Below, one piece after another: positions 41,800 to 52,293 of a DNA stretch of 64,000 bases (position 1 is its first letter; the number at the start of each line of letters is the position of its first letter). Location of the stretch: the NCBI GenBank assembly GCA_963762565.1, contig CAVXLD010000001.1:591612-655611 (forward strand). The letters are read 5' to 3'. The position numbers were made by a program, and so were the translations under genes. Origin of the DNA: an uncultured Verrucomicrobiae bacterium (lineage in GTDB: Bacteria > Verrucomicrobiota > Verrucomicrobiia > Chthoniobacterales > JAFAMB01). The notes below the pieces were generated by a model. The model worked only from the letters and a program-made list of their open reading frames with translations. It was not told the origin of the DNA and made no database searches.

Positions 41800-44256
41800 T
41801 CATTCGCGAAGCGCAGTGATCGGGTTAATGCGCACGGCTCGTAGTGCAGGCAACAGGCAGGCCAAGACTGTGGCTATTCCAAGAACGAACACCGCCAGGG
41901 AAAGCGCCAGGGGATCACTAGCGGAGACATTATAAAGGGCGCTCTCGAAGAATCGGACCAGGAGCAAAGCGGACATTAGTCCGATCGCTAACCCGAGTCC
42001 CGCTAACTTCAGGCCTCTCAGGATCACGAGCCTTAGGATATTGGACGATTGAGCTCCAAGAGCGATACGAACCCCTAGCTCACGTCTCCGTTGGCTGACA
42101 GAATAGGCGAGTACACCGTACAGACCCACTGCAGAGAGGCAGAGCGCAGCGCCGGAGATAATGCTGACTAAGAAAGCGCTGAATCGCCTGGTGGCTGACC
42201 GTCCAGCAATCAAGTCATCGAATTTTTGGATTCGATCCGCCGGAACATCCGGATCGATGGAAGCCACAATCTTTTGAATAGCGGGAGCCAGGGTGGCCGG
42301 CTCTCGATCGGTACGTAAAAGCAGGAATGCACGATACAGATTGTCACGTTGGCTATACGGGAAATAAGCTTGATAGGGTGCCAAGCTGTGATCAGGGGCA
42401 TTGTGTCTGACTTGTCCGACCACACCAACAATCGTCCACGTCTTCTGGTCGTCACGCGTCGCCCAGAGATCTTCTATTTGCTTTCCGATCGGATCTCCGC
42501 CTGGGAAAAACCGTTGTGCTAGAGCTACATCAACGATGACAACATGTTGGGTGTCTGCCCGATCGTCGGCGTCAAAATCGCGCCCGGCAACGATCGGAAT
42601 CTGCATGGTTTTGAAATAGTCCGGAGAAATATCTTGGGAGCAGAGACGTTGGCTCTTTACCGGGCTCCGTAACTGGCTGACCTGGAATGTGAAACGGTGC
42701 GTTCAAGTCACCGAACGTCCATTCAAAGGGTTGTTCTTGATTCATGGCGGCATCAGTCACTCCCGGAAGTTCCTTCGCCTTCTCGAGAACGGCAGCAAAC
42801 AGACGCCGGATTTGAGGCATATCGTTATATTTCTTACCGGTAGGATTGATGTTCGCGCTAACGAGATGATCCGGCGTTGAATCCAAGGGGGATTTCCTGG
42901 AAAACCTGGAAGCTACGGACTAACAACCCGGCTCCGATCAATAGTACACAAGCGGCCGCTACTTGACCGGTCACCAGGATAGATTGAGTGCGTTGCCGGT
43001 GCAGCCCGGTGGTGCCACCCCGATTACCTTCTTCTCGGAGGACCGTTTCCAAATTGATCTTCGAAAGACTGAGTCCAGGAAGTAATCCCGGACAACAAGG
43101 TGACAAAGGCGGTGATTAAGAAAATGAAAATTAGAGATGCGCTATCTAAATGGACGTCTTGAAATCGGTTCAGGTAATCCGGGCTTAACCACTTAATCAA
43201 TCCAATCGACCAAAACGCAATAATACAGCCGGTGACACCGCCTAACATCGAAAGGAATGCGGTCTCCAATAACAGTTTTCTAACCAGACGAAAACGCGAG
43301 GCGCCTAAGGTCGAACGAATTGTCATTTCTTTGCGGCGTTCCAATCCGCGAGCAAAAATCAAGTTCGCCACATTGGCGCAAGAAATGAGCAAGAGGCATC
43401 CAACAGCCCCTCCTAGTAACCAGACCGTCGCTGAATAAGTGGCGGCTGTGCTGTCAAAGAGTGAAGCCACCCGAATAATGTAGTTCTTGTCGGCGTCAGG
43501 ATACCGGGCATCGAGGTTGCTTTGAATGATGTTCAAGTCGGCGTTGGTCTGTGCCGGAGTTGCAGCCTGCTGCAAGCGTCCGAAACAGAGCAGACCGTGC
43601 GACGCCCGTTTGTTCGTCCATGGACCTCCAAAGTACTCCGATACATGGATTGGCACATACACAGCGTCGTCCGAAGGAGTGCTGACATCTTCGACCTGTC
43701 TTGGGCAAACCCCAACTACCTGGAAGCTTTCCCCGCTTAGAATGATGTTTTGACCGATGACATTTGCATCGGCATTAAAGTGATCCCGCCAGAGCGCCTC
43801 GCTGAGCACAGCGACCATGGGGCCGCCGGTTTTATCTTCGGCCTCAGTAAATGGGCGGCCTAATACGAACGGCAAATTCGTGACCTTGAACAGGCTGGGC
43901 GACGCATAGATCGCGGTCAGCCGTTGCGGAAGCTGACGAGTCCCCAAATCTAGATAATCCCAGTACTCCACCGCGATGTTACTCAAGGTCTTCTGATCAT
44001 CGCGAAGATCCAGATAATCCGGGTAACTTACCCCACCCCAATCCGACCGGTCCAACACAGAGTTGCTTGTTCTCGATTCAAAGATCTGCATCAGCCGATC
44101 CGCTTGAGGAAACGGTAATGGATTTAGCAACACGGTACTAATCAGGCTGAAAACGGCGGTGTTCGTCCCGATACCGAAGCCGAGGATTAGTACCGCGGTG
44201 ATGGTGAAGCCGGGCGACTTTAGCAGGAGGCGGAGGGTGTGGCGCAGGGGGGACAC
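41800..44256 (-). CDS. ADOP-like permease split into four fragments by three frameshifts
   Basis: ORFs 43024..44256, 42858..43106, 42572..42886 and 41800..42606 are colinear. Confidence 0.78.
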
Positions 44257-44294
44257 GGGGTGATTAGTGATTAGTGATTGGTGATCGGTGATCG

Positions 44295-44478
44295 GTGGAG
44301 CGCGCCTCGCTTGCGAGGCCGTGGTAAGCAGGGCTGATGGTAGGTCAGGGGCATCTTGGAGCTGCGCTCTGGGTTATGAAAGGGCAGACGTTCCTAACAT
44401 AGGGCCTTGAGCGTAATAAGGTATGCATTACTAGGTCCTTTGTTCACCACGGCCTCGCAAGCGAGGCAGCGCTCCACG
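44295..44478. mobile_element. REPIN/MITE-like element (copy 2)
   Basis: Same terminal inverted repeats and homologous core as 41601-41786. Confidence 0.75.
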
Positions 44479-44491
44479 TTTGCGCTATTGC

Positions 44492-46951
44492 TCATTCGCG
44501 TAGCGCCGTGATTGGGTTAACTCGGGTAGCGCGCAAGGCTGGTACGAGACAGGCGATCGCCGCGGCTACGGCTAGAATCAGGACGGCGGCCGCCAGCGAT
44601 ATCGGATCACCTCCGGAAACGCCGTATAAAGTGGTCTCCATAAAGCGGACAAGCAGTAACGCCGTTATCATTCCAATCGTCAGGCCGATCATCACTAAGT
44701 TTAGTCCCTGCCGGACGACCAATCTGAGGATGTTCGACGACTGTGCTCCTAAAGCGATACGCACACCGATCTCTCGCCGGCGCTGAGCAACGAAATAGGC
44801 GAGCACTGCGTATAGCCCGACCGCGGATAAAAAGAGAGCAACTCCGGAGAAGATAGTAGCCAATAGTGCCGTCAGCCTTCCGAGGGCGAACTTTTCCGTT
44901 ATATGATCGTCGAAGCGCATGACTTGCGTAACCGGCACATCCGGATCAAGCTCAGCCACAATTCGTCGGACCTCGGGAATTAGAGCGAGCGGATCGCCCG
45001 AAGTACGCAACAGCAAGAACTCCGTTCCAAGGACTGTCCTTTCATTATAGGGAAAGTAAGCCTGAAATAGCGGCATAGGGGTTTGAGGCCCGTTGTGGCG
45101 CGAATTCTGTACTACACCGACAATCGTCCAAGTGTCCTTTTTATCCCAAGCTCCTAACCATTGTATTTGTTTCCCGATGGGATTCTGGTTCGGGAAAAAA
45201 TGTTCCGCTAAAGCTCTATCTACGATAACGTCCCTCTCGCTATCCGCGCGATCCGCAGAATTAAAGTCCCGACCTTGCAACAGCGGTATTTGCATGGTCT
45301 CGAAATAGCCGGGCGAGATATTCTGAGCAATGAAGGTTGGTTCGTGACCGGGTTCAGGTGGAGGCACTCCAATCACCCGAAACGGAATAGTGAAGTCACC
45401 AACGGTCCATTCAAAAGGTACTTGATCATTCATCGCGGCCGCGGTGACTCCGGGTAAGTGGCGCGCCTTCTCCAAAACGGCGTCAAATAATCGCTGGCAA
45501 GGTGCCGTATCGATATATTTCCGGCTGGTCGGGCTTATGTTCGCGCTCAGCAAATGATGCGGGTTATAACCGAGAGGCAGATCCTGGGTGGCTTTGAAAC
45601 TGCGGATAAATAGTCCGGAGCCGACCAAAAGCACGCAAGCTAACGCGACCTGGCCCACCACCAGGAATGATTGGATTCGCTGTTGTTGTGGTCCCGCGGT
45701 GCCCGCGGTGCCGGACCGGCCGCCTTCATCTCGAAGAGCTAAACCCAATTTCAAATCGGAAAGGTTAAACGCCGGCGGCAGACCGGCAAGGAGCGCTACC
45801 AGCGTCGTAATCCCTAGTACAAACAACAGCGCGACCGGGTTGAACTCAACCTTTTGGAACGCGTAAAGGTAGACTGGGCTACCCCATTTGATGAAATCGA
45901 TCGACCAATGCGCAATCAACACCCCAAGCGCTCCGCCGAGTAAAGAAACCAAGATTATTTCGAGAAGGATTCGAGCGATCAGCCTCAACCGCGATGCTCC
46001 CAACGTCGCTCTGATCATGGTTTCCTTGCGACGTTCGAGTGCTCGAGCGAAAAATAGGTTCGCCACATTGGCGCTCGAGACGAGCAAGAGGCACCCTACC
46101 CCAGCCGCCAACGACCAAACAAAATTCGAGTAGTCACCCACCATCACGTCCGAAAGTTGAACAATGCGGGTGGTGTTGTTCCTGTCAGTGTCCGGGTAAA
46201 GAAAGTCCAGGTTATTCTGAATCGACGTCAGATCTGCCCCGGCCTGGGCGAGGCTGATACCTTCCTTTAATCGACCCGTACAGGCAGTGCCCTGCAGGGC
46301 ACGGTCTTGCAGTGTTCCGCCCCACAACTCGGTAACATGGATCGGGACATACAACAGATCATCAGGCGGGGTACTAACTTCTTCCACTTGTCTGGGGCAA
46401 ACTCCAATCACCTGAAAACTTTCCCCACTTAACAGCAAATTCTTCCCGATAATATTAGGATCAGCGTTGAACCGGTGTCTCCATAATTGTTCACTCAAAA
46501 CCACGACCAATGGACCGCCGGTTTTATCCTCTTCTTCAGTAAATGGCCGGCCAAGAACAAACGGTAAACCAGTTACCTTAAATAAACTCGGCGTTGTGCA
46601 AACTCCGCTAAGGCGCTCGGGATATCTTTGACCTTGACCACCCAAATCCCAAAAAGTCCAGAATGACGCAGAGAGGCTTTCGAAGGTGTGCTGGCTTCTG
46701 CAAAAATCGAGGTAGTCGGGAAAGTCCACGAATTGGTCCGTGCCATCGGTCGTCGTTCCTTTTGACCGTGACTGATAAATCCTGACTAGCCGGTCGGTCT
46801 TTGGATAAGGAGTTACGTTAAGAATGACGGCTTCAATCAAACTAAAGACCGCAGTGTTTGCGCCGATGCCAAACCCGAGGATTAGGACCGCGGTGATGGT
46901 GAAGCCCGGCGACTTTAGCAGTAGGCGGATTGTCTGGCGGAGATGGCGCAC
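44492..46951 (-). CDS. ADOP-like duplicated ABC permease (array 2)
   Basis: 819 aa, GTG start, standard motifs, ends NPITALRE. Confidence 0.92.
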   Translation of the reverse strand: MRHLRQTIRLLLKSPGFTITAVLILGFGIGANTAVFSLIEAVILNVTPYPKTDRLVRIYQSRSKGTTTDGTDQFVDFPDYLDFCRSQHTFESLSASFWTFWDLGGQGQRYPERLSGVCTTPSLFKVTGLPFVLGRPFTEEEDKTGGPLVVVLSEQLWRHRFNADPNIIGKNLLLSGESFQVIGVCPRQVEEVSTPPDDLLYVPIHVTELWGGTLQDRALQGTACTGRLKEGISLAQAGADLTSIQNNLDFLYPDTDRNNTTRIVQLSDVMVGDYSNFVWSLAAGVGCLLLVSSANVANLFFARALERRKETMIRATLGASRLRLIARILLEIILVSLLGGALGVLIAHWSIDFIKWGSPVYLYAFQKVEFNPVALLFVLGITTLVALLAGLPPAFNLSDLKLGLALRDEGGRSGTAGTAGPQQQRIQSFLVVGQVALACVLLVGSGLFIRSFKATQDLPLGYNPHHLLSANISPTSRKYIDTAPCQRLFDAVLEKARHLPGVTAAAMNDQVPFEWTVGDFTIPFRVIGVPPPEPGHEPTFIAQNISPGYFETMQIPLLQGRDFNSADRADSERDVIVDRALAEHFFPNQNPIGKQIQWLGAWDKKDTWTIVGVVQNSRHNGPQTPMPLFQAYFPYNERTVLGTEFLLLRTSGDPLALIPEVRRIVAELDPDVPVTQVMRFDDHITEKFALGRLTALLATIFSGVALFLSAVGLYAVLAYFVAQRRREIGVRIALGAQSSNILRLVVRQGLNLVMIGLTIGMITALLLVRFMETTLYGVSGGDPISLAAAVLILAVAAAIACLVPALRATRVNPITALRE

Positions 46952-47310
46952 GGGGGGAGAGAGGTGAAAAGTGAAAGGTGAGAGGTGAAAGGTGAGAGGC
47001 TAGTAAGCAGTAATCAGTAGGTCAGTAATCAGTGTAGGAGCTAGAATCTAAGAGTTAGGAGTATGTTTTTCTTTGCGATCTTTGCGTTCTTCCGCCTTCG
47101 CCAAGCCTACGGCGCGACAGGTTTTGCAGCTATCTGTCATTTGGGATTTGTTCCGGCGGCTGCCGGATCATGCGCTTCGCCTTGGCTATCGGCTATTGGC
47201 TATTGGTCATTCGCGTAGCGTGTCATTCGCGTAGCGTGATCGCGAGTTTCGCGTAGCGTGTCATGCGCGTAGCGTGTCATGCGCGTAGCGCCTTATTCGC
47301 GTAGCGCGGT
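46952..47310. repeat. Modular spacer with tandem ~16-bp amplification of the permease stop-codon box
   Basis: Heptamer blocks, then tcattcgcgtagcgtg / tcatgcgcgtagcgtg repeated about 5 times next to the true gene end ttattcgcgtagcg. Confidence 0.85.
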
Positions 47311-49734
47311 GATCGGGTTAATCCGGGCCGCGCGTAGCGCCGGTAATAAACAGGCTAAGGTCCCAGCCAGCCCAAGAACAAGAATGGCGAGCCCCAGTGT
47401 AATCGGATCTGCTGGGGAGACTCCATAGAGTAGTCCTGCGATCAAGGGCGCTGCCACCAGCGCGGCGCCGATTCCTATCACCAGCCCGACGCAGACGATC
47501 TTGAGTCCTTGTTCGGTGATTAGTCTTAGGATATTGCGGGATTGCGCTCCCAATGCGACACGGATGCCAATCTCGCGTGTCCGCTGGCCGACGGCATACG
47601 CTAGAATACCATAGAGCCCCGTTGCCGATAGGAAAAGCGCGGCGCCGGAAAACAAAGTTACCAGCAGCATGCATAATTTTCGAGTCGCGAAGTTTTTGGC
47701 AATGACATCGTCGTAAGTGCTCACTTCGTAGACCGGCACCCCTGGATCGATCGAACTGACTACTTTGCGAACCGCCGGAACCAAGACGCCTGGATCAAGG
47801 TCCGAACGCAAGATCAGGTACTCAGAATCAAAATTCCATTGGTTATAGGGGAAATAGGCTTGGAATGCGGTCTCCGTCTGACCGGGGCTTTTGTAACGAA
47901 GATGCGGCACGACCCCGACGATGGTGCAATTCTGCGTGCCCTGCATTTGCTGAACGGTGATGTCCTTGCCGAGAGGATTTTGACCCGGGAAATAATGTTC
48001 CGCCAGAGCAGCGTCGACAATAACGACGTCCGATTTATTCACGGTATCTTGCGAATTAAAATCGCGCCCCTGAAGAAGGGGAACCTGCAGCGTGCGAAAG
48101 TAATCCGAAGAAACCATCTGCCAAGCCAGAACCGGCTGGCGACCCGGGCCAGGGTCTGGTTGCCCGTCGATGGTGAAACGGAACAGGAGCTCCGTATTGT
48201 CTTTCAGCGGCGGAAAGTCATTTAGCGCCGCGTCGGTCACCCCGGGTAGCTGGCGGACCTTCGTGCTTACCGCATCCCAGAAGGCCCGGGTCCGGGCACC
48301 GTCGTTCTCGTATTTAGCGCTGGTAATAGAAATCCCTGCGGTAAGCAGATGATGCGGGTTGAAACCGAGCGGGATATTTTGGGCGGCTTGGAAGCTGCGG
48401 ACCAGCAATCCCGCTCCAATCAATAGGACACAGGCCAGCGCCACTTGTGCGGTCACCAGAGCGGATTGGGTGCGATGGCGCTGCGGACCGCTAGTCCCCG
48501 CGCGGCCACCTTCATCTTTTAGCCCGGGAGCAAGGCTAGCCCGAGAAAGATTCAAAGCTGGGAGGAGCCCTGAAAGCACTGATGTGAGCAGGATTACCAC
48601 AAATACAAACAGCAACGCGTTCAGATCGACGGTGAGCTCCTGAAAACGATATAGACCCGGCGGACTCAGCTTTTTTATAGTCTCAGCAGAACCAAGAGCA
48701 ATCGCCAGGCCGAGTATGCTGCCGAAGAACGTTAGAACCATTGTTTCCAGAAGAAGCTGAGCAATCAGCTGCCGCCGACTGGCGCCGAGGGCAGTTCGCA
48801 CCATCATCTCCCGGCGACGGTGCAAACCGCGCGCAAAAAGAAGATTGGCGACGTTCGCGCTGGAAATTAACAAGAGACAACCAACGGCAACTCCTAAAAG
48901 CCACGTGGTGGCTGCATAATCGTTTACCATGCTATCGAGCAGCGGGATTATGCGAAGTCCATAGCCTCGATTAGTACCCGGGTACCGGGCTGACAGGTTG
49001 GTATGGATGGTCTCGAGGTCCGCTTGCGCCTGCGCGACACTCACTCCAGGCTTCAATCGGCCAAGGCAAAGAAAAAAATGGATGTCCCGAAGCGCCATGG
49101 CATCACCGCGATTGGTAGGGAACAATCCGAAAGGGGCAAGAGTATTGGCCGGCACGTAAACATCGGTTGCAGGCGGGCCCCAGTCGTTTACTTGAGCAGG
49201 AACCACCCCGATCACCTGAAAACTGTGTTCACTGAGGGTGATATTCTTACCAATGATCTCCGGATCAGAATGAAACCGGGTCTTCCAACAACGATCGCTT
49301 AGGACCGCGAGCAGAGGCCCGTTGGGAATATCCTCCTGATCAGTGAACACACGACCGAGAACAGCCGGGAGGCCGGTCACCTTAAAAATGGTGGGAGAAA
49401 CAAAACCAATCTGGAGGTGTGCTGGCTCCTTATCGCTGCTCAGATCAAGACTGTACCGGCCCACCACAGCCAATGCTGCGAACGTATGCTGAGCAGCGCT
49501 CATATCGACGTAGTCAGGATAATCAACGGCCATGAACGGGTTGTTCTGGTAAGGCTCACAAACCCGGACCAGCCGATCAGGCTCCGGATACGGCAGCGGC
49601 TTAAGGATAACCGCATCGATCAAGCTGAAGATGGCGGTGTTAGTCCCGATGCCGAAGCCCAGGATGAGGACGGCTATGATGGTGAAACCTGGCGATTTTA
49701 GCAGGACGCGGATGTTTTGGCGGAGATGGCGCAC
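47293..49734 (-). CDS. ADOP-like duplicated ABC permease (array 2, first intact gene)
   Basis: 813 aa, GTG start, ends NPITALRE. Confidence 0.92.
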   Translation of the reverse strand: MRHLRQNIRVLLKSPGFTIIAVLILGFGIGTNTAIFSLIDAVILKPLPYPEPDRLVRVCEPYQNNPFMAVDYPDYVDMSAAQHTFAALAVVGRYSLDLSSDKEPAHLQIGFVSPTIFKVTGLPAVLGRVFTDQEDIPNGPLLAVLSDRCWKTRFHSDPEIIGKNITLSEHSFQVIGVVPAQVNDWGPPATDVYVPANTLAPFGLFPTNRGDAMALRDIHFFLCLGRLKPGVSVAQAQADLETIHTNLSARYPGTNRGYGLRIIPLLDSMVNDYAATTWLLGVAVGCLLLISSANVANLLFARGLHRRREMMVRTALGASRRQLIAQLLLETMVLTFFGSILGLAIALGSAETIKKLSPPGLYRFQELTVDLNALLFVFVVILLTSVLSGLLPALNLSRASLAPGLKDEGGRAGTSGPQRHRTQSALVTAQVALACVLLIGAGLLVRSFQAAQNIPLGFNPHHLLTAGISITSAKYENDGARTRAFWDAVSTKVRQLPGVTDAALNDFPPLKDNTELLFRFTIDGQPDPGPGRQPVLAWQMVSSDYFRTLQVPLLQGRDFNSQDTVNKSDVVIVDAALAEHYFPGQNPLGKDITVQQMQGTQNCTIVGVVPHLRYKSPGQTETAFQAYFPYNQWNFDSEYLILRSDLDPGVLVPAVRKVVSSIDPGVPVYEVSTYDDVIAKNFATRKLCMLLVTLFSGAALFLSATGLYGILAYAVGQRTREIGIRVALGAQSRNILRLITEQGLKIVCVGLVIGIGAALVAAPLIAGLLYGVSPADPITLGLAILVLGLAGTLACLLPALRAARINPITALRE

Positions 49735-49913
49735 GGGGGAGTAAGAGGTGAAAAGTGAAAGGTTAGAGGTGAAAGGTTAGTAATCAGTAGGTCAGTGATC
49801 AGTGCGGGAGCTAGGAGTCTGTCTTTGTTTGTGATCTTTGTGTTCTTTTGCGGCTATCTGTCATTTGGGATTTGTCATCTGTCATGCGCTTCGCCTTGGC
49901 TATCGGCTATTGA

Positions 49914-50019
49914 TCATGCGCGTAGCGGCCCCTGGGTCCGGTTGGCCGGTGATGGTAAATCCCGGCGATTTGAGCAATAGCCGGAGCGTGTAACGCAAGG
50001 ACGGCAGTAGGCGATCCAT
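49914..50019 (-). pseudogene. Collapsed ADOP permease relic at the head of array 2
   Basis: Translates [30 protein letters not shown], then runs into the gene-end box ccgctacgcgcatga. Confidence 0.8.
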
Positions 50020-50050
50020 GGTTTTGCGAGGGTTGTCCTGTTATTAGGGC

Positions 50051-50066
50051 GCAGCTTACATGCCAA
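50051..50066 (-). promoter_or_regulatory. Sigma54 -24/-12 promoter of permease array 2
   Basis: TTGGCATGTAAGCTGC (GG-N10-GC); one mismatch in the 15-nt core versus the array 1 promoter; ~31 bp upstream of ATG 50019. Confidence 0.72.
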
Positions 50067-50196
50067 CTCGATACCGGCAGACATCGGCGCCGGTAGAGAT
50101 GCTAAAAAATTATATCTCTACCGATAAACTCTTGTGCTAGAGAACTAGTCGCGTGCAGAGCAGTACTCGGGACCAAAAGCCACCGGGGACTCGAAT

Positions 50197-50232
50197 GTCC
50201 CAAAATGAGAGCAATTTGTCTCATTTTGAGAC
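50197..50232. promoter_or_regulatory. Tandem palindromic UAS-like sites
   Basis: GTCCCAAAATGAGAG (50197) and GTCTCATTTTGAGAC (50218), 21 bp apart. Confidence 0.7.
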
Positions 50233-50238
50233 GCTAAC

Positions 50239-50670
50239 TTACGAAAGCGCTTCGAACACCAGTTGCAATGCGCCCTTAACAGCATTCGTCCACGCTGCAA
50301 CCGTGGCTGGATCGTTCTCCTCAGGATCATCCCAATTTATGGTAAACGCGGTAAAGACCCAGCGGTTGGAAAAGAACATCCCACCTGCGTAACCTAATGC
50401 GTGGTCTCCTGGGTAATCAATACTGCCACCTTTGCCGAACCCGGTTGCACCCAACGGCACCAGCAGGCGGACTGCACCCCCAAGGCTTAGAATGAACTGA
50501 AAGGCGTCCAACGTTGCCGCAGCCAAGAAGAAGTCGCCGACTAACGCGCGGGAATAGTACGAAACTAAATCGTTCGCCGAGGACGCCAAAGTAATCGTAT
50601 TGTTGAGGGGCGGGTTAACAAGTGGAGCGTTGGTTAGACTACTGGAGCGGAGGCCTGTCCCTAACCAGCA
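50239..50670 (-). pseudogene. 5'-truncated fragment of a serine hydrolase / beta-lactamase-like protein
   Basis: NPPLNNTITLASSANDLVSYY...GKGGSID...AGGMFF...FTINW resembles the C-terminal KTG-box region of the family. No SxxK motif and no good start codon. Confidence 0.4.
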
Positions 50671-50762
50671 TCATCCGAACAGCTTGATGGGGATCCGCTA
50701 AACCCGATTTTGGTAAATTGTTGGGCATATTTCTCCGCCCAGTCGCCGTTCTCGGATTCGTT

Positions 50763-52277
50763 TTAACCGAGGTGAATCCAGACAGACTTTGTATGCGTGA
50801 CGGTCAGCAAAGTTTCAAGACATTTATCTCGTCCGGTGCCGGACTGTTTGAACCCGCCCCAAGGCTGAGTCATATCGCCGTGGTCAAAGCAGTTAACCCA
50901 AATCACGCCGGCATCGATGTCCCTGGCCATTTTGTGAGCTGCGGTCACATCAGAGGTCCAGATCCCGGCAGCAAGGCCGTATATCGAATCGTTGGCGATA
51001 TTTACGGCCTCATCGAGGGTCGAGAAACCGAGTACGGCGCCAACTGGTCCAAAGATCTCTTCCTTGGCGATCTGCATCTGATTGTTCACTTCGCTAAACA
51101 AGGTCGGCGCCACATAGGAGCCGCGGTTGTAGCCTGCAGGGATATTTCCCCCAAGCACGAGTTCAGCACCCTCTGTTTTGCCGATATCAATAAACGAAAG
51201 AACCTTTTGTTGTTGGCTCCGGCTTACCAGAGGGCCCATGGTGGTAGCGGGATCAAGCGGATCACCTAATCGTACCGTTGCTCCTACTTTTTCCTTAAAT
51301 CGTTCGATGAATTCGTGGCGAATAGTCCCGTCGACTAAAATCCGGGATCCGGCGCTGCACATCTCGCCTTTGTTCCCGTAGATTCCGTTGACCGCGTAGG
51401 CGACGGCGACGTCTAGATCTGGAACCTGGGCGGTGATGATCTGCGGTGATTTACCGCCGGTTTCCACCGTAACGCGTTTCAGGTTCGATTCACCTGCGTA
51501 AACCATCATTAATTTGCCGACCGTGGTGGAGCCAGTGAAGCTGATTTTGTCGACATCCATGTGTAGAGCCAGCGCTTTCCCGACAATGCTACCGGCACCG
51601 TGCACTACGTTGAATACGCCCGGCGGGCCGCCGGCCTCCACGAACAGTTGAGCCAAGAGGGTAGAGGATAACGGTGATAGTTCGGCCGGCTTCAGCACGA
51701 CGGAGTTACCTGCCGCTAACGCCGGGGCCACCTTCCAGGCGTTCATCAGTAACGGATAGTTCCAAGGTGTGATACACGCCACTACCCCCAGCGGCTGGCG
51801 CAGAATGTAATGGAAGGCATCGGACGCCGTGTTGGTAACGACTCCCTCGATTTTGTCGATGGTTTCTCCGAAGTATTGAAAGGTCAGCGCTGCGGCTGGG
51901 ACATCGCCCGTGAGCATTTCTACCACCGGTTTGCCAACATCCAGCGAATCGAGCAGAGCAAACTCGAGCGCATGCTCATCGATCAAGTTCGCCAAACGAT
52001 AAAGAACCTCCATGCGGGCGCGTGGTTCCATGCGCGCCCAAACACCGGACTTAAACGCTTTGCGAGCCGAGGCTACCGCAAGATCGACATCTTCGCCGGT
52101 CCCTGCCGGCACCGTCGCTAAGACTTGATCATTTGCCGGATTGACGGTCTCGAATCGAGCTCCAGAATTTGTGTCCACCAACTCTCCGTTGATGAACATG
52201 CGCGTTTCCGGTTTTAGGGCCGCAGCGTACCGCCGAAATTCATCGTAACTCAGCGCTCTGGCTTCTTTAGCGTTCAT
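50763..52277 (-). CDS. Aldehyde dehydrogenase (PuuC-like)
   Basis: ITPWNYP, LKPAE, FTGST, ETGGKSP, GEMCSAG, EEIFGP, PWGGFKQSG. Confidence 0.93.
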   Translation of the reverse strand: MNAKEARALSYDEFRRYAAALKPETRMFINGELVDTNSGARFETVNPANDQVLATVPAGTGEDVDLAVASARKAFKSGVWARMEPRARMEVLYRLANLIDEHALEFALLDSLDVGKPVVEMLTGDVPAAALTFQYFGETIDKIEGVVTNTASDAFHYILRQPLGVVACITPWNYPLLMNAWKVAPALAAGNSVVLKPAELSPLSSTLLAQLFVEAGGPPGVFNVVHGAGSIVGKALALHMDVDKISFTGSTTVGKLMMVYAGESNLKRVTVETGGKSPQIITAQVPDLDVAVAYAVNGIYGNKGEMCSAGSRILVDGTIRHEFIERFKEKVGATVRLGDPLDPATTMGPLVSRSQQQKVLSFIDIGKTEGAELVLGGNIPAGYNRGSYVAPTLFSEVNNQMQIAKEEIFGPVGAVLGFSTLDEAVNIANDSIYGLAAGIWTSDVTAAHKMARDIDAGVIWVNCFDHGDMTQPWGGFKQSGTGRDKCLETLLTVTHTKSVWIHLG

Positions 52278-52293
52278 CGCCAAAATCCTATTT

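Noticed and set aside
47207-47310. Possible CRISPR array or integron attC array
   Set aside because: The 16-bp units abut each other with no spacers; there are no RYYYAAC/GTTRRRY ends and no integrase.
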